In this document: positions 11,091 to 22,842 of the stretch, in pieces | How the letters are laid out: each line of letters starts with the position of its first letter | How positions within the stretch are numbered: position 1 is the stretch's first letter | Source: Andalucia godoyi And28 | Taxonomy: Eukaryota; Protista; Jakobida | Length of the DNA stretch: 60,292 nucleotides | Assembly: GCA_009859145.1 (NCBI GenBank) | Contig: VRVR01000026.1 | Location: forward strand, 157,849-218,140 | Reading direction: 5' to 3' | Program-made: the position numbers and the translations under genes | Notes under the pieces: generated by a model | Told to the model about the DNA's origin: nothing | Databases searched by the model: none | What the model saw: only the letters and a program-made list of their open reading frames with translations

Positions 11091-11783
11091 TTAAGGTATC
11101 ACTTTACACCGACCTCCAGTGCAACCAACCACAACTTTGGAAGCGACATCAAAAAACAGTCCTGTTTCGACCACGCCCGTTACCATCTTGAGTTTGCCAT
11201 GCAATGCCTTTGGATCTTCTAACGGAAACAGATCTTCAATGTCAAGAATAAAGTTGCCGTTATCCGTTTTGAAGTACTCTCCAGTCGCTTTTGTCGTTCG
11301 CATATGGCCGCGCAATCCCAGGGCACCAATTCGCGAAACTGTTGTTCTGTAGGCAAACGGAACAATCTCAACAGCGAGACTAAACTTTCCAAGTTTTTCA
11401 ACGAGCTTGCTTTCGTCAACGATGACGACCATTTCCTTCGCACTCAGCGCCAGCAGCTTTTCTCGCAGAAGCGCACCGCCGCCGCCTTTGATCATTGCTT
11501 TTGTGCCATCGATTTCATCTGCTCCATCCACATACAAGTCAAGTTTCTCAATGCTGCCATTCTCCAGAACCGGAATTCCGCCCTGCTGCGCAAGTTCCAG
11601 CGATGCCAAAGAACTTGCACAAACTGCAACCTGAAGTCCTTGTTTCACACGCAAGGCCAACGCTTCGATAAAGTACTTTGCGGTGGTTCCTGTTCCCAGT
11701 CCAACCAGCATCCCGTCACGCACAAACTCGACAGCTTTGTACCCGGCGCTCTTCTTCATTTCTTCCGCAGTATTGGGCGACAT
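11091..11783 (-). CDS. rpiA: Ribose-5-phosphate isomerase A
   Basis: Signature motifs GLGTGTT, VDGADEID, IKGGGGALLREK, TDNGNFILD, GVVETGLF. Confidence 0.97.
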   Translation of the reverse strand: MSPNTAEEMKKSAGYKAVEFVRDGMLVGLGTGTTAKYFIEALALRVKQGLQVAVCASSLASLELAQQGGIPVLENGSIEKLDLYVDGADEIDGTKAMIKGGGGALLREKLLALSAKEMVVIVDESKLVEKLGKFSLAVEIVPFAYRTTVSRIGALGLRGHMRTTKATGEYFKTDNGNFILDIEDLFPLEDPKALHGKLKMVTGVVETGLFFDVASKVVVGCTGGRCKVIP

Positions 11784-14748
11784 GGTTCCAAGAAAACGGC
11801 CCCAAGCCGACTGCTGCTTTTTATTTTATTTTCAATGGATCCGAGGTTGCTGCGACACACAAGATTCACCACATTTTTTTTTTCGGACGCTTCAGCTTCG
11901 ACATACGGTCTCTCATTGTTTTTGCTGACAACTGGCGAGACGACAAAGCCTGTGCTCCCTTGTGCAAGTGTCGACAATTGTCGGATATGTTATCATTACG
12001 TCATCTTCGTGCATGTTCACGTTTCGCGACGCCTACATCATACACTGAACATGCTGCACATCTACGAACAGACATGCATATTCAATCTCGATCAATCGGT
12101 GAGCCACCTTCTCAGCGTGACACGTTGTTCCTGAGAAGGGTGCATTTTTTTGATTCTGACGGCCCTAGCAGCAGGCGCTTTCGTGTCCTCAGTTGCAGCG
12201 ATTGATGCACCTGGAGATACGAGATCGTGTCTTGGAAGTTCGCCTCTTGGCAGTGCGCTGAACGGATGATAGATGGCTACGCGTAAGCACGAATTCCTGT
12301 GTCACAGCAACGTGCTAGTGTCAGCCAGTATTGACCGTGTCTGTTCATGTATACTTCCGAATGCATGACAATGACGTGTTATTATTTCTGCGGTCGTGCA
12401 TTCGCAGTGCTGCATCTGGACCTTGTCGTGTAACCGTTTCTCACGCAGGGTTGAATCTCGCTTCGTTGGCGACTGCCAGCCACCGTTGTGTCTCTGCGTG
12501 TATGTGTTTGCGTGCATGGACTCGTATATGATTTCATTCCCAGAATTGGCGCTGGTTCGGTGGTTATTGTTATTGTCATCGTCATCGTCATCGTCGTCAT
12601 CGGTGTTGTTGAGTTTAAAAGCTTAAGGAGAGTGCAAAGAGTAAGGTCTCTGAAGACCGTCAAAAATTGCCTCGACAAGTCCTGGGACCGCCGAGGACCA
12701 GCTGGATATTGTAGTTTTCAACTAGCAAAAAGTGCGCCTCTCATAGATCACCGGCCGCACCACTTGTCCCAGCATATGGATGTAAGAAGAAGAAAAGAAG
12801 GAAAAAAGAAGGAAGAGAGGAAGAGAAAAAGAAGGAATTATAAAATGGAAAGAAAAGTCTGAAGAAAAGTGCGAAATGTGAGTCCAATCAGACTAATCCG
12901 CTGCAAGATTCAAACTTCGGAGCCCCAGAACTTGATGCAACGTCAGAACTACGTCTGCGACAAACTGCATCAATACCATTTCGTACGACTGCAATGTTGC
13001 ATAACATATGATCCTACGGGGGAGGAAAAAGAAAACAAAAACAAGGCGGTGTGCACGCGCAGCAGTCGCAAAACCCCAAGCGCCGATTCACTCGCACACT
13101 CTAAAAGGTCGTGCGTCCAACGGAGGAAGATGATCATGTTGAGCGCACTGAGACGTTACCGAATGGATCTTCACCAGTATCGGAACTTCCCCTCAGACGT
13201 TGTTCAGCTGCTGGAATCTCCGAAGATCCCATTGAAAACGACAGTGCCGAATGCGCTACTGACGTCCTTTTGGAACGGGTATCTGAAACCCCGACGATGT
13301 GTGCAGCGAATGGACAACCGTTTCTAATTCTATTGCTGGGGCTGTAATGCAGAGCCACCTTCTGCAATCAGGTTCTCCCGCTTCGACGGCACTCCTTGCT
13401 CGGTTTCTTTTGTCAAGTCCTTCAAATACCTTGGGATATGGTTTGACTCAACGCTTCCTTTCGCAAAGTAGGAACAGGAAATGCTTCGTGATGTCCAATA
13501 CTCTTGTTATCGGTTGAGCCGCATGATCTTTGCTTCTCGCAACTGCGTCCCCCACGTTATTCACAAGTATTTTGCGGCCCTGGCGTCTTTCGTGTCGTCC
13601 GCGCCCGGCAGGGTAGCTCCGTTATGGAGTCTGCCATCAGAAGTCCTCGCTGCTCATGGTTTTACGGATGCTGATCTTATCCAGCCACAGCCTACGAGCA
13701 CCTTTCTAAAGCGCGGCATAAATGGACAAACGGAGTCCGTCATTTGCTCAATGCATCGTTCAAAACTGCTGATTTTTTGCATTGCCATGAAGGAGCGTTT
13801 CCTCAAATGCTTTTCGATATTGAGTGGTGCTGCGAGATTTTTTTGCTGTACCCCCCTCCCCCCCCCTCTGAATGTATGCAGATGCTGTTTGAATTGCAGG
13901 AGGCGCGCACCTTCAGCGTTTTGGCGAGAGGTCTGGACGGCTTTCTGAGGAATTACTTCCACCTGCTGTCTGAATTCTGTGATTGGATGTATCACAAACG
14001 CCGTGTGTGCTTTTTATTGAAAGACAACCGGTCTTTTGGAAGGAAGAATTAGAGTGGCATCCAGTGAATCCGAACATGGGCTTGCGGATGCCGGTGAGGG
14101 AGGCATCGGATTCCAGTGTTGTAACCGTTTCTTCTGTGATGCAATACTGGTAATTCGCGGCTGTTTCCGGCTGCAGCCATAAGGCTGATTACTTGACAAT
14201 CATGCATCCGTACTGAGAAAAATTTACTGATGCAAGTTTTGTTTCTTGGATATGTGCCTGTAAACATCTACCTAACAAGTCTAAGGGCCCCGAAAGACTG
14301 GCCCGGGCTCGCAGCAAATCCCAAACAGCGGACGACGACGACAATCAAAATCAAAACGAAAATATTATAACAAAAAAAGAGAGAAACGCGAAGTCATGGA
14401 AGAGAGGGAGATGTTTTCTTACAATTAAATTATTTAGTTCCATCCGGACGAGGACGATGAAAACGAAAGAAAACACGATAAGAACAGTTTCAATAGTTGC
14501 TAAAGGAACGAACTAATGTGCCACTCACGGCTCTCGTTAACGGAAAAACAGAAGAGCGCCTGAAAAAACTGCATTCTTTTTATTTACGGGATTTGGGGAA
14601 AGCTGTTTGGAATGTGGGGGGACGGGAATATTTGATCCGACAGCGAAATGCACAGGAAAGACCGAATGAACGCAATGCAATACAGAGATTTCTAGGATAA
14701 TAGTAATAATAATAATAAGTAGCTGAAAATGCAGACTCGAAAGAGCTG

Positions 14749-14800
14749 CACACACACACACACACACACAAACACACATAGACACACGCAGACGCACACA
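14749..14800. repeat. (CA)n microsatellite, degenerating after 14770
   Basis: Read directly. Confidence 0.85.
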
Positions 14801-14875
14801 TGCAAGAGAGCACATGGGTGCAAAAAAAGAGACAATAACGAGCAACGAAGAGACAGAGTAGAAAATGAAACAAAA

Positions 14876-16219
14876 TTACTTTGCATGCTGATCATAGAGA
14901 ACGGCTCCAACTTCCCGTTTTCGGATACTGCGAAACGAAACAATCTTTTCCGCATCTTGATTGTCAAAGTCGGACGGTTCCCATACGAGAGTGTCTCGAC
15001 CGGCATGATGAAACGAGTGGAACACAACCGGATCGACATTAATGCGGTTTGAATCTGCCATTTTCCACGTAAGACCCTCGTCATCCTTTCGAACACTAAG
15101 AGACACTTTGAAAGTGTGCGCAGTCATAGGACCCACCAAGACGCATCGATTCCATGCCTGCGTTGCGATTGCCACCAGAACCTGCGACGCGTTAATCGTC
15201 TTGGACACAACTTGTGCCGGCCAAACCATAAACTCTGCCTCGTCGAGATTCTCTGAAAAATTGTGGAAGTTGGCATCGCCGGCATGCTGTGAATTCGGGG
15301 GAGAATAAGTCCCTTTGATAAAGTACACGTTGAAACGAATGGGGAAGCCAGTGGCGTTCCGAACGTGGATCGCAACTTTTTGGACAGCCAATAGATTTTT
15401 CCTGGATGGCTGCTGCACAGACAGTTTCGGAGTCGAGACGGATAGAGAATTGTGTTGCGAATCCACCGCCTTGAATGGTCGCTCTTTCAGGTCAAGGTTT
15501 GCCAAACCACAATGAGCCGAAAGCCCGAACGGACTCTTTGGAGGAGCGTTCACGTACATGCTGCTGCTGTTATGATCAATATTGCTGTTGTTGTTGGAAC
15601 TGGAAAAGGCAGTATTCTTGCTCGCAGAAAAGGAATTTGGAGAAACGGTTCTGTTTGATGGCGACGAAATCGGTTTCAAATTCTTGTAGCCCCCCGGGCT
15701 GGTGCAAGATTGGCTGGATGGCGAAGCCGACGAAGAAGTGGGACTCTTGGGAGGTGCAACAAGACTGTCAGAGGAGCCACTTCCGGAAACCGGAGAAAGA
15801 GGCGTGAGGAAGCGAACGGGCTGACCGCCTTTTCGTCTGAGGGCAATGGACTGCGTATTGGCCGACGGTGTGGAAACCATGTGGAGTGCTGCGGATTTGG
15901 GAGATGCACTGATCGACAGAGAACCGCCAGCATACGGTGACAATGGGGGCATCTCAGGAGATGATGAGCTTGGGCCGTACAGCGAAGTCAGATGGGAAGG
16001 AGATTTGTGGGTGCGAATGCTTCCCGAGCCGGGCCGAAGAGAGCTTGACGAAGGCGAAGGCGAGACAGCAGCAGAATGACCAGACGGACTGCTAATGTCG
16101 TTTGAAAAGGACGGCGAGGAGGAGGAGGGTGAATCCAAGCCAGATAAGCGGACCGTCCCTGCTTGACGAGCTTGTCGGTGCGCAGTAAAGGACTTTGGTG
16201 TTAACGTGCTGGACTGCAT
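14876..16219 (-). CDS. Hypothetical protein: Ser/Pro-rich disordered N-terminus plus an unassigned ~165-aa globular C-terminal domain
   Basis: 447-aa ATG-initiated ORF; composition changes from low complexity to alternating hydrophobic residues at VQKVAIHVRN. Confidence 0.7.
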   Translation of the reverse strand: MQSSTLTPKSFTAHRQARQAGTVRLSGLDSPSSSSPSFSNDISSPSGHSAAVSPSPSSSSLRPGSGSIRTHKSPSHLTSLYGPSSSSPEMPPLSPYAGGSLSISASPKSAALHMVSTPSANTQSIALRRKGGQPVRFLTPLSPVSGSGSSDSLVAPPKSPTSSSASPSSQSCTSPGGYKNLKPISSPSNRTVSPNSFSASKNTAFSSSNNNSNIDHNSSSMYVNAPPKSPFGLSAHCGLANLDLKERPFKAVDSQHNSLSVSTPKLSVQQPSRKNLLAVQKVAIHVRNATGFPIRFNVYFIKGTYSPPNSQHAGDANFHNFSENLDEAEFMVWPAQVVSKTINASQVLVAIATQAWNRCVLVGPMTAHTFKVSLSVRKDDEGLTWKMADSNRINVDPVVFHSFHHAGRDTLVWEPSDFDNQDAEKIVSFRSIRKREVGAVLYDQHAK

Positions 16220-17305
16220 TTTAGTATTGATTTCCTCTTGATTTCTGGCTCTTTAAAAGAAGTGGACGGTATTGTTATTATTATAATATTTTGTGGGGGG
16301 GAAAGAAACAATCGATAGCAACGCTCCAACAACAATCCAAATCCAATTCCGAGAATTGTGTGTCTGCTGGATTGTGAAAGAACGATGGAAGAACAGGGGA
16401 AGGGGACGCGATAGGAATCAAAAAAAAACACCAAACAAAGAATCCTTTCTATGAGAAACAATGCTCGTTATTCAAGACAACTGTGGAGAGGGGATGGATG
16501 GCGTGTGAATTGTTATTATTTTTTTTTGCCCCTCCCTCCGCGGTTCTCCCGAGAAGGAGGGGGGCGGACATTGATGACGAATAATCCCAAAGAAAGAAAC
16601 GGCAAAAATGGTTATACCCTTGGCAAAATGGTCACACTCGCCGCCAATCCAGTAAGCCATCTTGTGTTAGCAGGACGTTGGGCATCGGAGCACTCGATAT
16701 GTCTTCGTTCAACCGCCCGAGGAGTCTGTGCGAACAGGTTGGGCGTTGATCGTGCGGCACCCCCCATTCAGACTAGTTTGGGCTGTTTGGGCTGTTTGAG
16801 CTGTTTGGGCTTCCTTTCCGACTCTGCTGCGCCGCCGGACTCCTTGATGGTAAGCGACGTCTGCTGCAGTGGCAACTGGTAATTCGGACGGGCTGTGCGG
16901 AGGCTTTTGAAGTCCGCGTCGCAGCACAGTCGCACCAAACGGATTGGGATTTCCGCAACCAATCAACAGACTTCATCCGAGCAGCGCACAGAAAAAATAA
17001 CACACAATTTGACCATGCCAGACGCTTTTGCCCACTCTGGACACGGGTTTTGCCAAATCACCTTGCAATGAGCAAGGGGCCAAGGTATCCTTTGAAACGG
17101 ATTTTGGAACAATGCAAGGAGAGCCAGAAACGACTTTGTTTCTGAAATGGCGGGCATCATATCGCGACAACATCAGGGGTTGTCCATGTACATTATGTGA
17201 TTCCTCTGTCTCGTTTTTAATCTGTACACTCTTACTGTAAACCGCAAACGACCACGTGTCTTTGCATACCACCCAACGTGAAAATTGGGCAGGGGGCGTA
17301 CGCGA

Positions 17306-19078
17306 TTAGGCGTCAATGCCGTCTGCGCCACCGCCATCCTCGTCGTCGTCATCTTCGTCTACGACAACGGGCTTAGCGACTGGTTTCTTCTTCAGTGCTG
17401 ACGGGGCCTCCTGAACCTTGCTCACAAGCTCCTGAATCTGAGCAGCCACTTGCAAGTTTGTGCTCATGAGATTCTGAAACTCGCGAAGTTGCATGTCGTC
17501 AAGCTGCTTCGACACCTGGAGCTTCTTTTCGGCCTTTTCGTGTCGGACACGCAGTTTCGCAAGAGCGCTCTCTTTCTCCTGTAGGGCCTCTTCCAGCGCC
17601 GCGAGTTTAGTGCCCATCTTTCCGTTTTCCTCTGTGAGTACTCGGACTGTCTTTCGCAGCTCTGCGTTTTCACTCTCCGTGGCCGCAACATGCTCCGCGT
17701 CGTTTTCCTTTTCTCTGGCCATTCGCTCCATCGTCTCCGTTGCCAGTTTTGCAGAGCCAAACGCCTCTGCGCTCTTCTTTTCGTACGTACCCATCTGTGC
17801 CTTGAGCACTGCATTCTCTGCTCCAAGCGACCTGATTTCCTCCTCCAATGACTGTCTCTTTTCCACCGCATCTTTTCCTTCTGCGATAGCGCGAGACGTA
17901 TCGTCTCTTGCCTTTGCGACCTCCACAGATAGTCTCTCCACTGCAGTATCGAGTTCTCTCTGTCTGGTGCTTAGATCCGTATTGCGTTCAAGCAATCCGT
18001 CATGGTCTGTCTGCAAGCGAGAGTTCACCTCTCGAAGTCTCTCAATCTCCAAGTCAAGATGCTTCTTTTCCAACGTAAGTTTTCGGATCTCAGACTTCAG
18101 GTCCTTAACTTCCTTTGCAAGCGCTTCGTCCGCTTCGACAATCTTTCGTTCTCCAGCAGTAAAGTCCTTGAGCTGCTCTGCCAACATCCGTGCCTCTTCA
18201 CTCTTTTTCGCAAGCTCGGATTCGCGCTGGCTGGCCCTCGCTTCCAATTCCGCTGCCTTGGATGCAGATATTTCACCAGCGGTCTTGACTGTTGACAGCT
18301 CGACTTCGCGCTGCTGTCGATCCGTATCAGCCTTCTGAAGTTCAGATTCCAATCCACCGATCTTGCGGACTGCATCTTCCAGCTTCTTTTCAACGGCGAC
18401 GATTTCTGCAAGAAGCCGGTCCTTTTCGCCGGCAAACACATTCTTCTCGGACTCGAGAGCAGAAACTGCAGCTTTTCGCTCAAAGTCAAGACGCGCAGAT
18501 CTCTCGGTTTCGGCCCTCAGAGACTCCTCTGTTGCGTCTTTTGCTTTTGAGAGATCTTCAAAGTCTCTGCGAAACATCTTTTCCCGCTCGACATATCTTG
18601 TTTTAAGCGTGTAGATCGCATCGTCAAGATTTGCGGCTTCAGAGAGCTCGATGTCTTCGTGAGTTTCGGTGGACCGAGACTTTAAAGGAGGTCCTGGTGC
18701 GGTAGCCTTATCCTTCATCAGCTTCAGCTCGAGCTCCAAGAAGTAGATTTGCTGCTGCAAATTCGTGATGTACTCTTTGTGGAGCTCTCCATCACTTCGT
18801 AAAGTAGGCGCGCCGCTTGGCTTTGAAGCCGCAGAAGACCGAGAAGCTATCGAGGATGACTGAAGCGTCGTAGCCGTCGTGGGTCGTGGCGAAGATGCAC
18901 TTGGACGAGGGGCTATTATGATAATTATAATTTTTCATCATCAGATAAATGATCAGTCGACAGTACGAGAAGAAGAAACACACAAACGTGAGTGCTTCAA
19001 TGTTCGATTGAGAAACGCATGAAAGAAGGCAGATGGTCGGATGTACATACCTGGTGGTTGGGATCGACGAAGACTCAT
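17306..19078 (-). CDS. Long coiled-coil protein (544 aa); exons 19078-19051 and 18912-17306
   Basis: E/K/A-rich heptads; the frame is open upstream of the listed ORF without ATG; intron 18913-19050 (GTATGT...TAG, phase 1) supplies the start MSLRRSQPPA. Confidence 0.75.
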
Positions 19079-19722
19079 ATTATTGTTTTTCTGTATACAA
19101 AAAGAAAACGTATAGTATTCGTCCCGATGTTTTGTTTTGTTGTTGTTGTTGTTTTTTTTTTTGTTTTTTTTTGAGGAGGGAGGGGGGTCGGTTGGATTCG
19201 CGATGCCTTTTGACTTGACTTGGCTTTCTTCTTCTCCGGGACAATAGACTGAGGAGGGGTGTTGTTATCGTGGAAAGGCCTTACGTTGTTATCACAGTTT
19301 TCCAGAGATGACATTTCCGTTGAACAAAAGAAAAAGCAAAAGGGAATCGTTATGCAAAAACCCACGATCTGGCATCAAGTAGCATTCAGTTGATGCTGCT
19401 TGAACATGGACGCCTTTCATTTGTTGCTTTGTTTTACGTCCGTTCATGAACGTTGCTGGGTCGTCGCCTTTCTGAGAGACGGCCTTTCCCCGCCGATGCG
19501 AAACCCCAATTTCCCCCGTCACACCAAAAACACCCACCACCTTTTTGTTTTCCCTCTTCTTCGCTATTGCTTTTGTCGTTTCCTTTTCCGTTCGTTGTCC
19601 TTTATACAAAATTTATTCTCTTTTTTCGTTTTATTTTATTTTTGTGTCTTGTCTGTGATTTGTGTAGGTGTTCTTGTTATCAGCGGTGCGCTTTTTTTGT
19701 TTGTTTGGTGGTGCTTCCTCTT

Positions 19723-22700
19723 ATGAATCTTCACAGATTTCATCCAGAGCGGTTCATTTCTGCGTGCTTTGACAAGCTCGGTGGACTCATTCAGTCTGTG
19801 CCACTTCTTTTCATTCTTGTTCCGTTGCTGATTGTCGGGATTTTTGCTGTTGGGATTGGACAGCTTGTGTTCCTAACGAAGCCAGAAGACTTGTGGGTGC
19901 CGCCAGGCTCAAAGGTGTCCAATGACAAGAATTATTTTGATAATACATTTGGTGCATTCTACCGTGTGAACCAGTTTATTATCCATTCCCCATCGAATGC
20001 TTCTCTACAAGGTGACGTCATTACGGCAAAAATTCTGGGGGATCTTTTTGCGCTTCAGGCGAAGTTGGAATCATTTAATGCAACTCAAAATGGACGAGTG
20101 TACACCTTTCAGAATGATTTTTGCTATGCTCCATTGCATGACGGCATTTGCACAGTTCAGTCGCCATCAGTTTGGTTCGTGAATGCGCAGCTACCCGACA
20201 ATCAAGACCAGACGTACCAATCCCAGGTGTATGCGTGTATGCAGTCGGATCTTTCGATTGGATGCTTCTTGTCGAATGGAATCTCGCAGTTTTACAAGAT
20301 TGTGCTTGGAAACTGGTACTACACTTTTTCAAGTGACAAGGATGCAGTGGGCTACGCGCATGCAGAGGCTCTTATCGTAACGTATCTGCTGATGTCGCAC
20401 GACGACGACGACGATTACACGAATGCAGCAAAGAAATGGGAACAGAATTTCATCGACACCCTGAAGGCATTTTCAGACGACGGAGTTGGAAACAGCCAAG
20501 GCGTAAAGGCCGACTATATGGCGCAGCGGTCCATTGAAGATGAGCTTGCGAGAGAAGAATCAGCGGATTTGCCAATTGTGCTCATCTCGTACTGTGCGAT
20601 GTTCTTATATATATCGATTTCCCTCGGGAAAATTCATCCTCTACGTAACAGGATTGCTGTCGCGTTTGCCGGCGTCATTGTTGTTTGTTGCAGTATTGTC
20701 TTTGCCGTTGGCTTGCTGTCATTTGCAAACGTCAAGGCGTCTTTGTTTATTTCCGAGGTCATTCCATTCCTCACGTTGGCGATCGGAGTGGACAACATCT
20801 TTTTGTTGACAAACAAGATGGATGACTTCAATGGAGATGTCCGAGCAACTTTGCGATCTGTCGGAGGGTCCATCACACTGGCTTCGCTCTGTGAATTTTT
20901 GGCATTCATGCTTGGAGGTTTGACGAACATGCCTGCTGTCCATGGCCTCTGCATGTACGCTGGTGTGTCTGTTTTGGCGGATTGGGCTCTGCAGATTACA
21001 CTGTACATTGCGCTTCTGCACATGGTCTATATTCCGCAAGGCAAGAATCCCGAATCGCCATTGGCACGAACTGTCAACAGTGGTTTGTGGGCGGGGACAG
21101 TGATCCAGGTGTTGATCTCTGCTGCTGTGTACCCTTTTAGGTTGCTGATGTACAAGCGAAAGGCTTCAAGAGAGTCGCAGGTCCACAGTCTTCCAAAGTA
21201 CATTGACACAGACCTGTCTGGGCCCGAGAATGGAAACCGCCGTTCGTCGCAAAACTCGAAAGAAATTCGGTTGCCTGTCTCTGTGCTTCCTCCTGAAGAC
21301 GACGAGGACCGTGAGGTTTCCAAATTGCTTGGATCTTCCCCTCCGCCCTATTCCTTTTCCTCTCCGCCCGCAAATGGTGCCAGTGGAAACGGAAATGGAA
21401 ACGGGCATGTTTTTCCTGCCAACGGGTCGAATGGCGATCATTCAAACGGCCATTCTGCTGGATCTCCACTGTTTGCTCATCCGCCCCACCACGACGTGTC
21501 CTACGTGGTGGATTCAGGCAAGCCAGACTTTTTTGACCCGTTTCCCGACGGCCTAGTTCGCCCACTATTTGAGAAGTACTATGTTCCGTTCTTGATGAAT
21601 CCTGTTGTTCGCGTGTTTGTTCTTGTTGCTGCTGTCGCATTGCTAGCTGTGGGATTGTCGGGTTTCAAGAGCCTGGAGCTGGGTCTGGATCAGCGTGTTG
21701 CCCTTCCCCGGGACTCCTATCTTATTGGGTATTTCGATGCAGAGGATAAGTATCTGGAAGTCGGACCCACTGTTTATATTGTTGTGAAGGATCCTCAGAT
21801 ACATCGGGCCGACTCGCAACTGGCGTTTCTCGATTTGCAAGAGCGCTTTGCGCAGTTGACGTACGTCAATGATTTGGAATCGTGGTATCCTCCGTTCCGC
21901 TCTTGGTATGAGGACAATGTGGCGCAATTGAAGGGTCGTCAGCCGATACCGGAAGAAGGATTTTATGATCTTCTCAAGACATTCCTTACTACTCCTTGTA
22001 TTCAGTCTGTAGATCCATCGATTCAAGTTGTTGTTCATGGACCGTGCGGGCAGTTTTACCAGGATGACGTGGTGTTTGTCCCGGGAACAAACCGCACGCA
22101 ATTGAGTGCAATCCGCATGATGGGCCAAACAACTCCTCTCAAAACTCAAAGCGATTTCATTCGCTCATATGAAGAGGCGTATCTCGAGTCGAGCTATGCT
22201 GAGGATGACTACACCTCGTACGAAGGCGTGTTTCCCTATAACATCACGTACATTTACTTTGCACAGTACTCTTACATTGTGAGTGTTGCTGCGTTTGCTG
22301 TGGGGATTGCACTTCTTGCGGTGTTTATTGTTTGCTGCATTCTTCTCGGCTCCATCTATGCTGCGTTGCTTGTTATTTTAGCAGTTGTCATGATTAATGT
22401 CAATTTGTGGGGCTTCATGGGAATGTGGGGTGTGAATGTGAATGCCTTGTCCGTGGTGAATGCAATCATGGCGATTGGAATTTCCGTTGAGTTTTGCATC
22501 CATATTGTTCGATCGTTTCTTTTCTGTCCTGGTTCCGGTTCGCAGAGGGCTGTGTCTGCATTGAAGGGCGTCGGTGCGTCCGTGTTTTCCGGTATTACCC
22601 TCACAAAGTTCGCCGGTGTCATCCCTCTGGCCTTTGCGCACTCCGAGGTGTTTGTCATTTACTACTTTCGCATGTTCTTACTGATGGTGTTGTTCGGTGC

Positions 22701-22842
22701 ATTTCACGGATTGTGCTTTATGCCGGTTCTCCTGTCGCTTGCGGGACCCAAGTCAAAGGATGTGCAGGGTTCGTCGAAGAAGGATGATGATTCGGGTGAA
22801 CGGGTCCCCATTTTAGGCCAACATCGATCAGTCAATGCTTAA
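19723..22842 (+). CDS. NPC1: NPC1-family sterol transporter core lacking the N-terminal domain (TM2-MLD-SSD-CTD, 1039 aa)
   Basis: TKPEDLWVPPGS, YFDNTFGAFYRVNQFII, SIEDELARES..IVLISYCAMFLYISISLG, VIPFLTLAIGVDNIF, ELGLDQRVALPRDSYL, ISVEFCIHI, YFRMFLLMVLFGAFHGL; first plausible ATG at 19723. Confidence 0.95.
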   Translation: MNLHRFHPERFISACFDKLGGLIQSVPLLFILVPLLIVGIFAVGIGQLVFLTKPEDLWVPPGSKVSNDKNYFDNTFGAFYRVNQFIIHSPSNASLQGDVITAKILGDLFALQAKLESFNATQNGRVYTFQNDFCYAPLHDGICTVQSPSVWFVNAQLPDNQDQTYQSQVYACMQSDLSIGCFLSNGISQFYKIVLGNWYYTFSSDKDAVGYAHAEALIVTYLLMSHDDDDDYTNAAKKWEQNFIDTLKAFSDDGVGNSQGVKADYMAQRSIEDELAREESADLPIVLISYCAMFLYISISLGKIHPLRNRIAVAFAGVIVVCCSIVFAVGLLSFANVKASLFISEVIPFLTLAIGVDNIFLLTNKMDDFNGDVRATLRSVGGSITLASLCEFLAFMLGGLTNMPAVHGLCMYAGVSVLADWALQITLYIALLHMVYIPQGKNPESPLARTVNSGLWAGTVIQVLISAAVYPFRLLMYKRKASRESQVHSLPKYIDTDLSGPENGNRRSSQNSKEIRLPVSVLPPEDDEDREVSKLLGSSPPPYSFSSPPANGASGNGNGNGHVFPANGSNGDHSNGHSAGSPLFAHPPHHDVSYVVDSGKPDFFDPFPDGLVRPLFEKYYVPFLMNPVVRVFVLVAAVALLAVGLSGFKSLELGLDQRVALPRDSYLIGYFDAEDKYLEVGPTVYIVVKDPQIHRADSQLAFLDLQERFAQLTYVNDLESWYPPFRSWYEDNVAQLKGRQPIPEEGFYDLLKTFLTTPCIQSVDPSIQVVVHGPCGQFYQDDVVFVPGTNRTQLSAIRMMGQTTPLKTQSDFIRSYEEAYLESSYAEDDYTSYEGVFPYNITYIYFAQYSYIVSVAAFAVGIALLAVFIVCCILLGSIYAALLVILAVVMINVNLWGFMGMWGVNVNALSVVNAIMAIGISVEFCIHIVRSFLFCPGSGSQRAVSALKGVGASVFSGITLTKFAGVIPLAFAHSEVFVIYYFRMFLLMVLFGAFHGLCFMPVLLSLAGPKSKDVQGSSKKDDDSGERVPILGQHRSVNA

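Noticed and set aside
16768-17272. Possible small spliced gene on the minus strand with a 9-bp tandem repeat (GGGCTGTTT) at about 16779-16811
   Set aside because: No consistent exon chain or recognisable domain.
19453-19722. 90-codon N-terminal extension of the NPC1 ORF given in the ORF track
   Set aside because: It starts at a non-ATG codon and is T-rich UTR-like sequence (Phe/Leu/Cys runs) with no NPC1_N Cys pattern.
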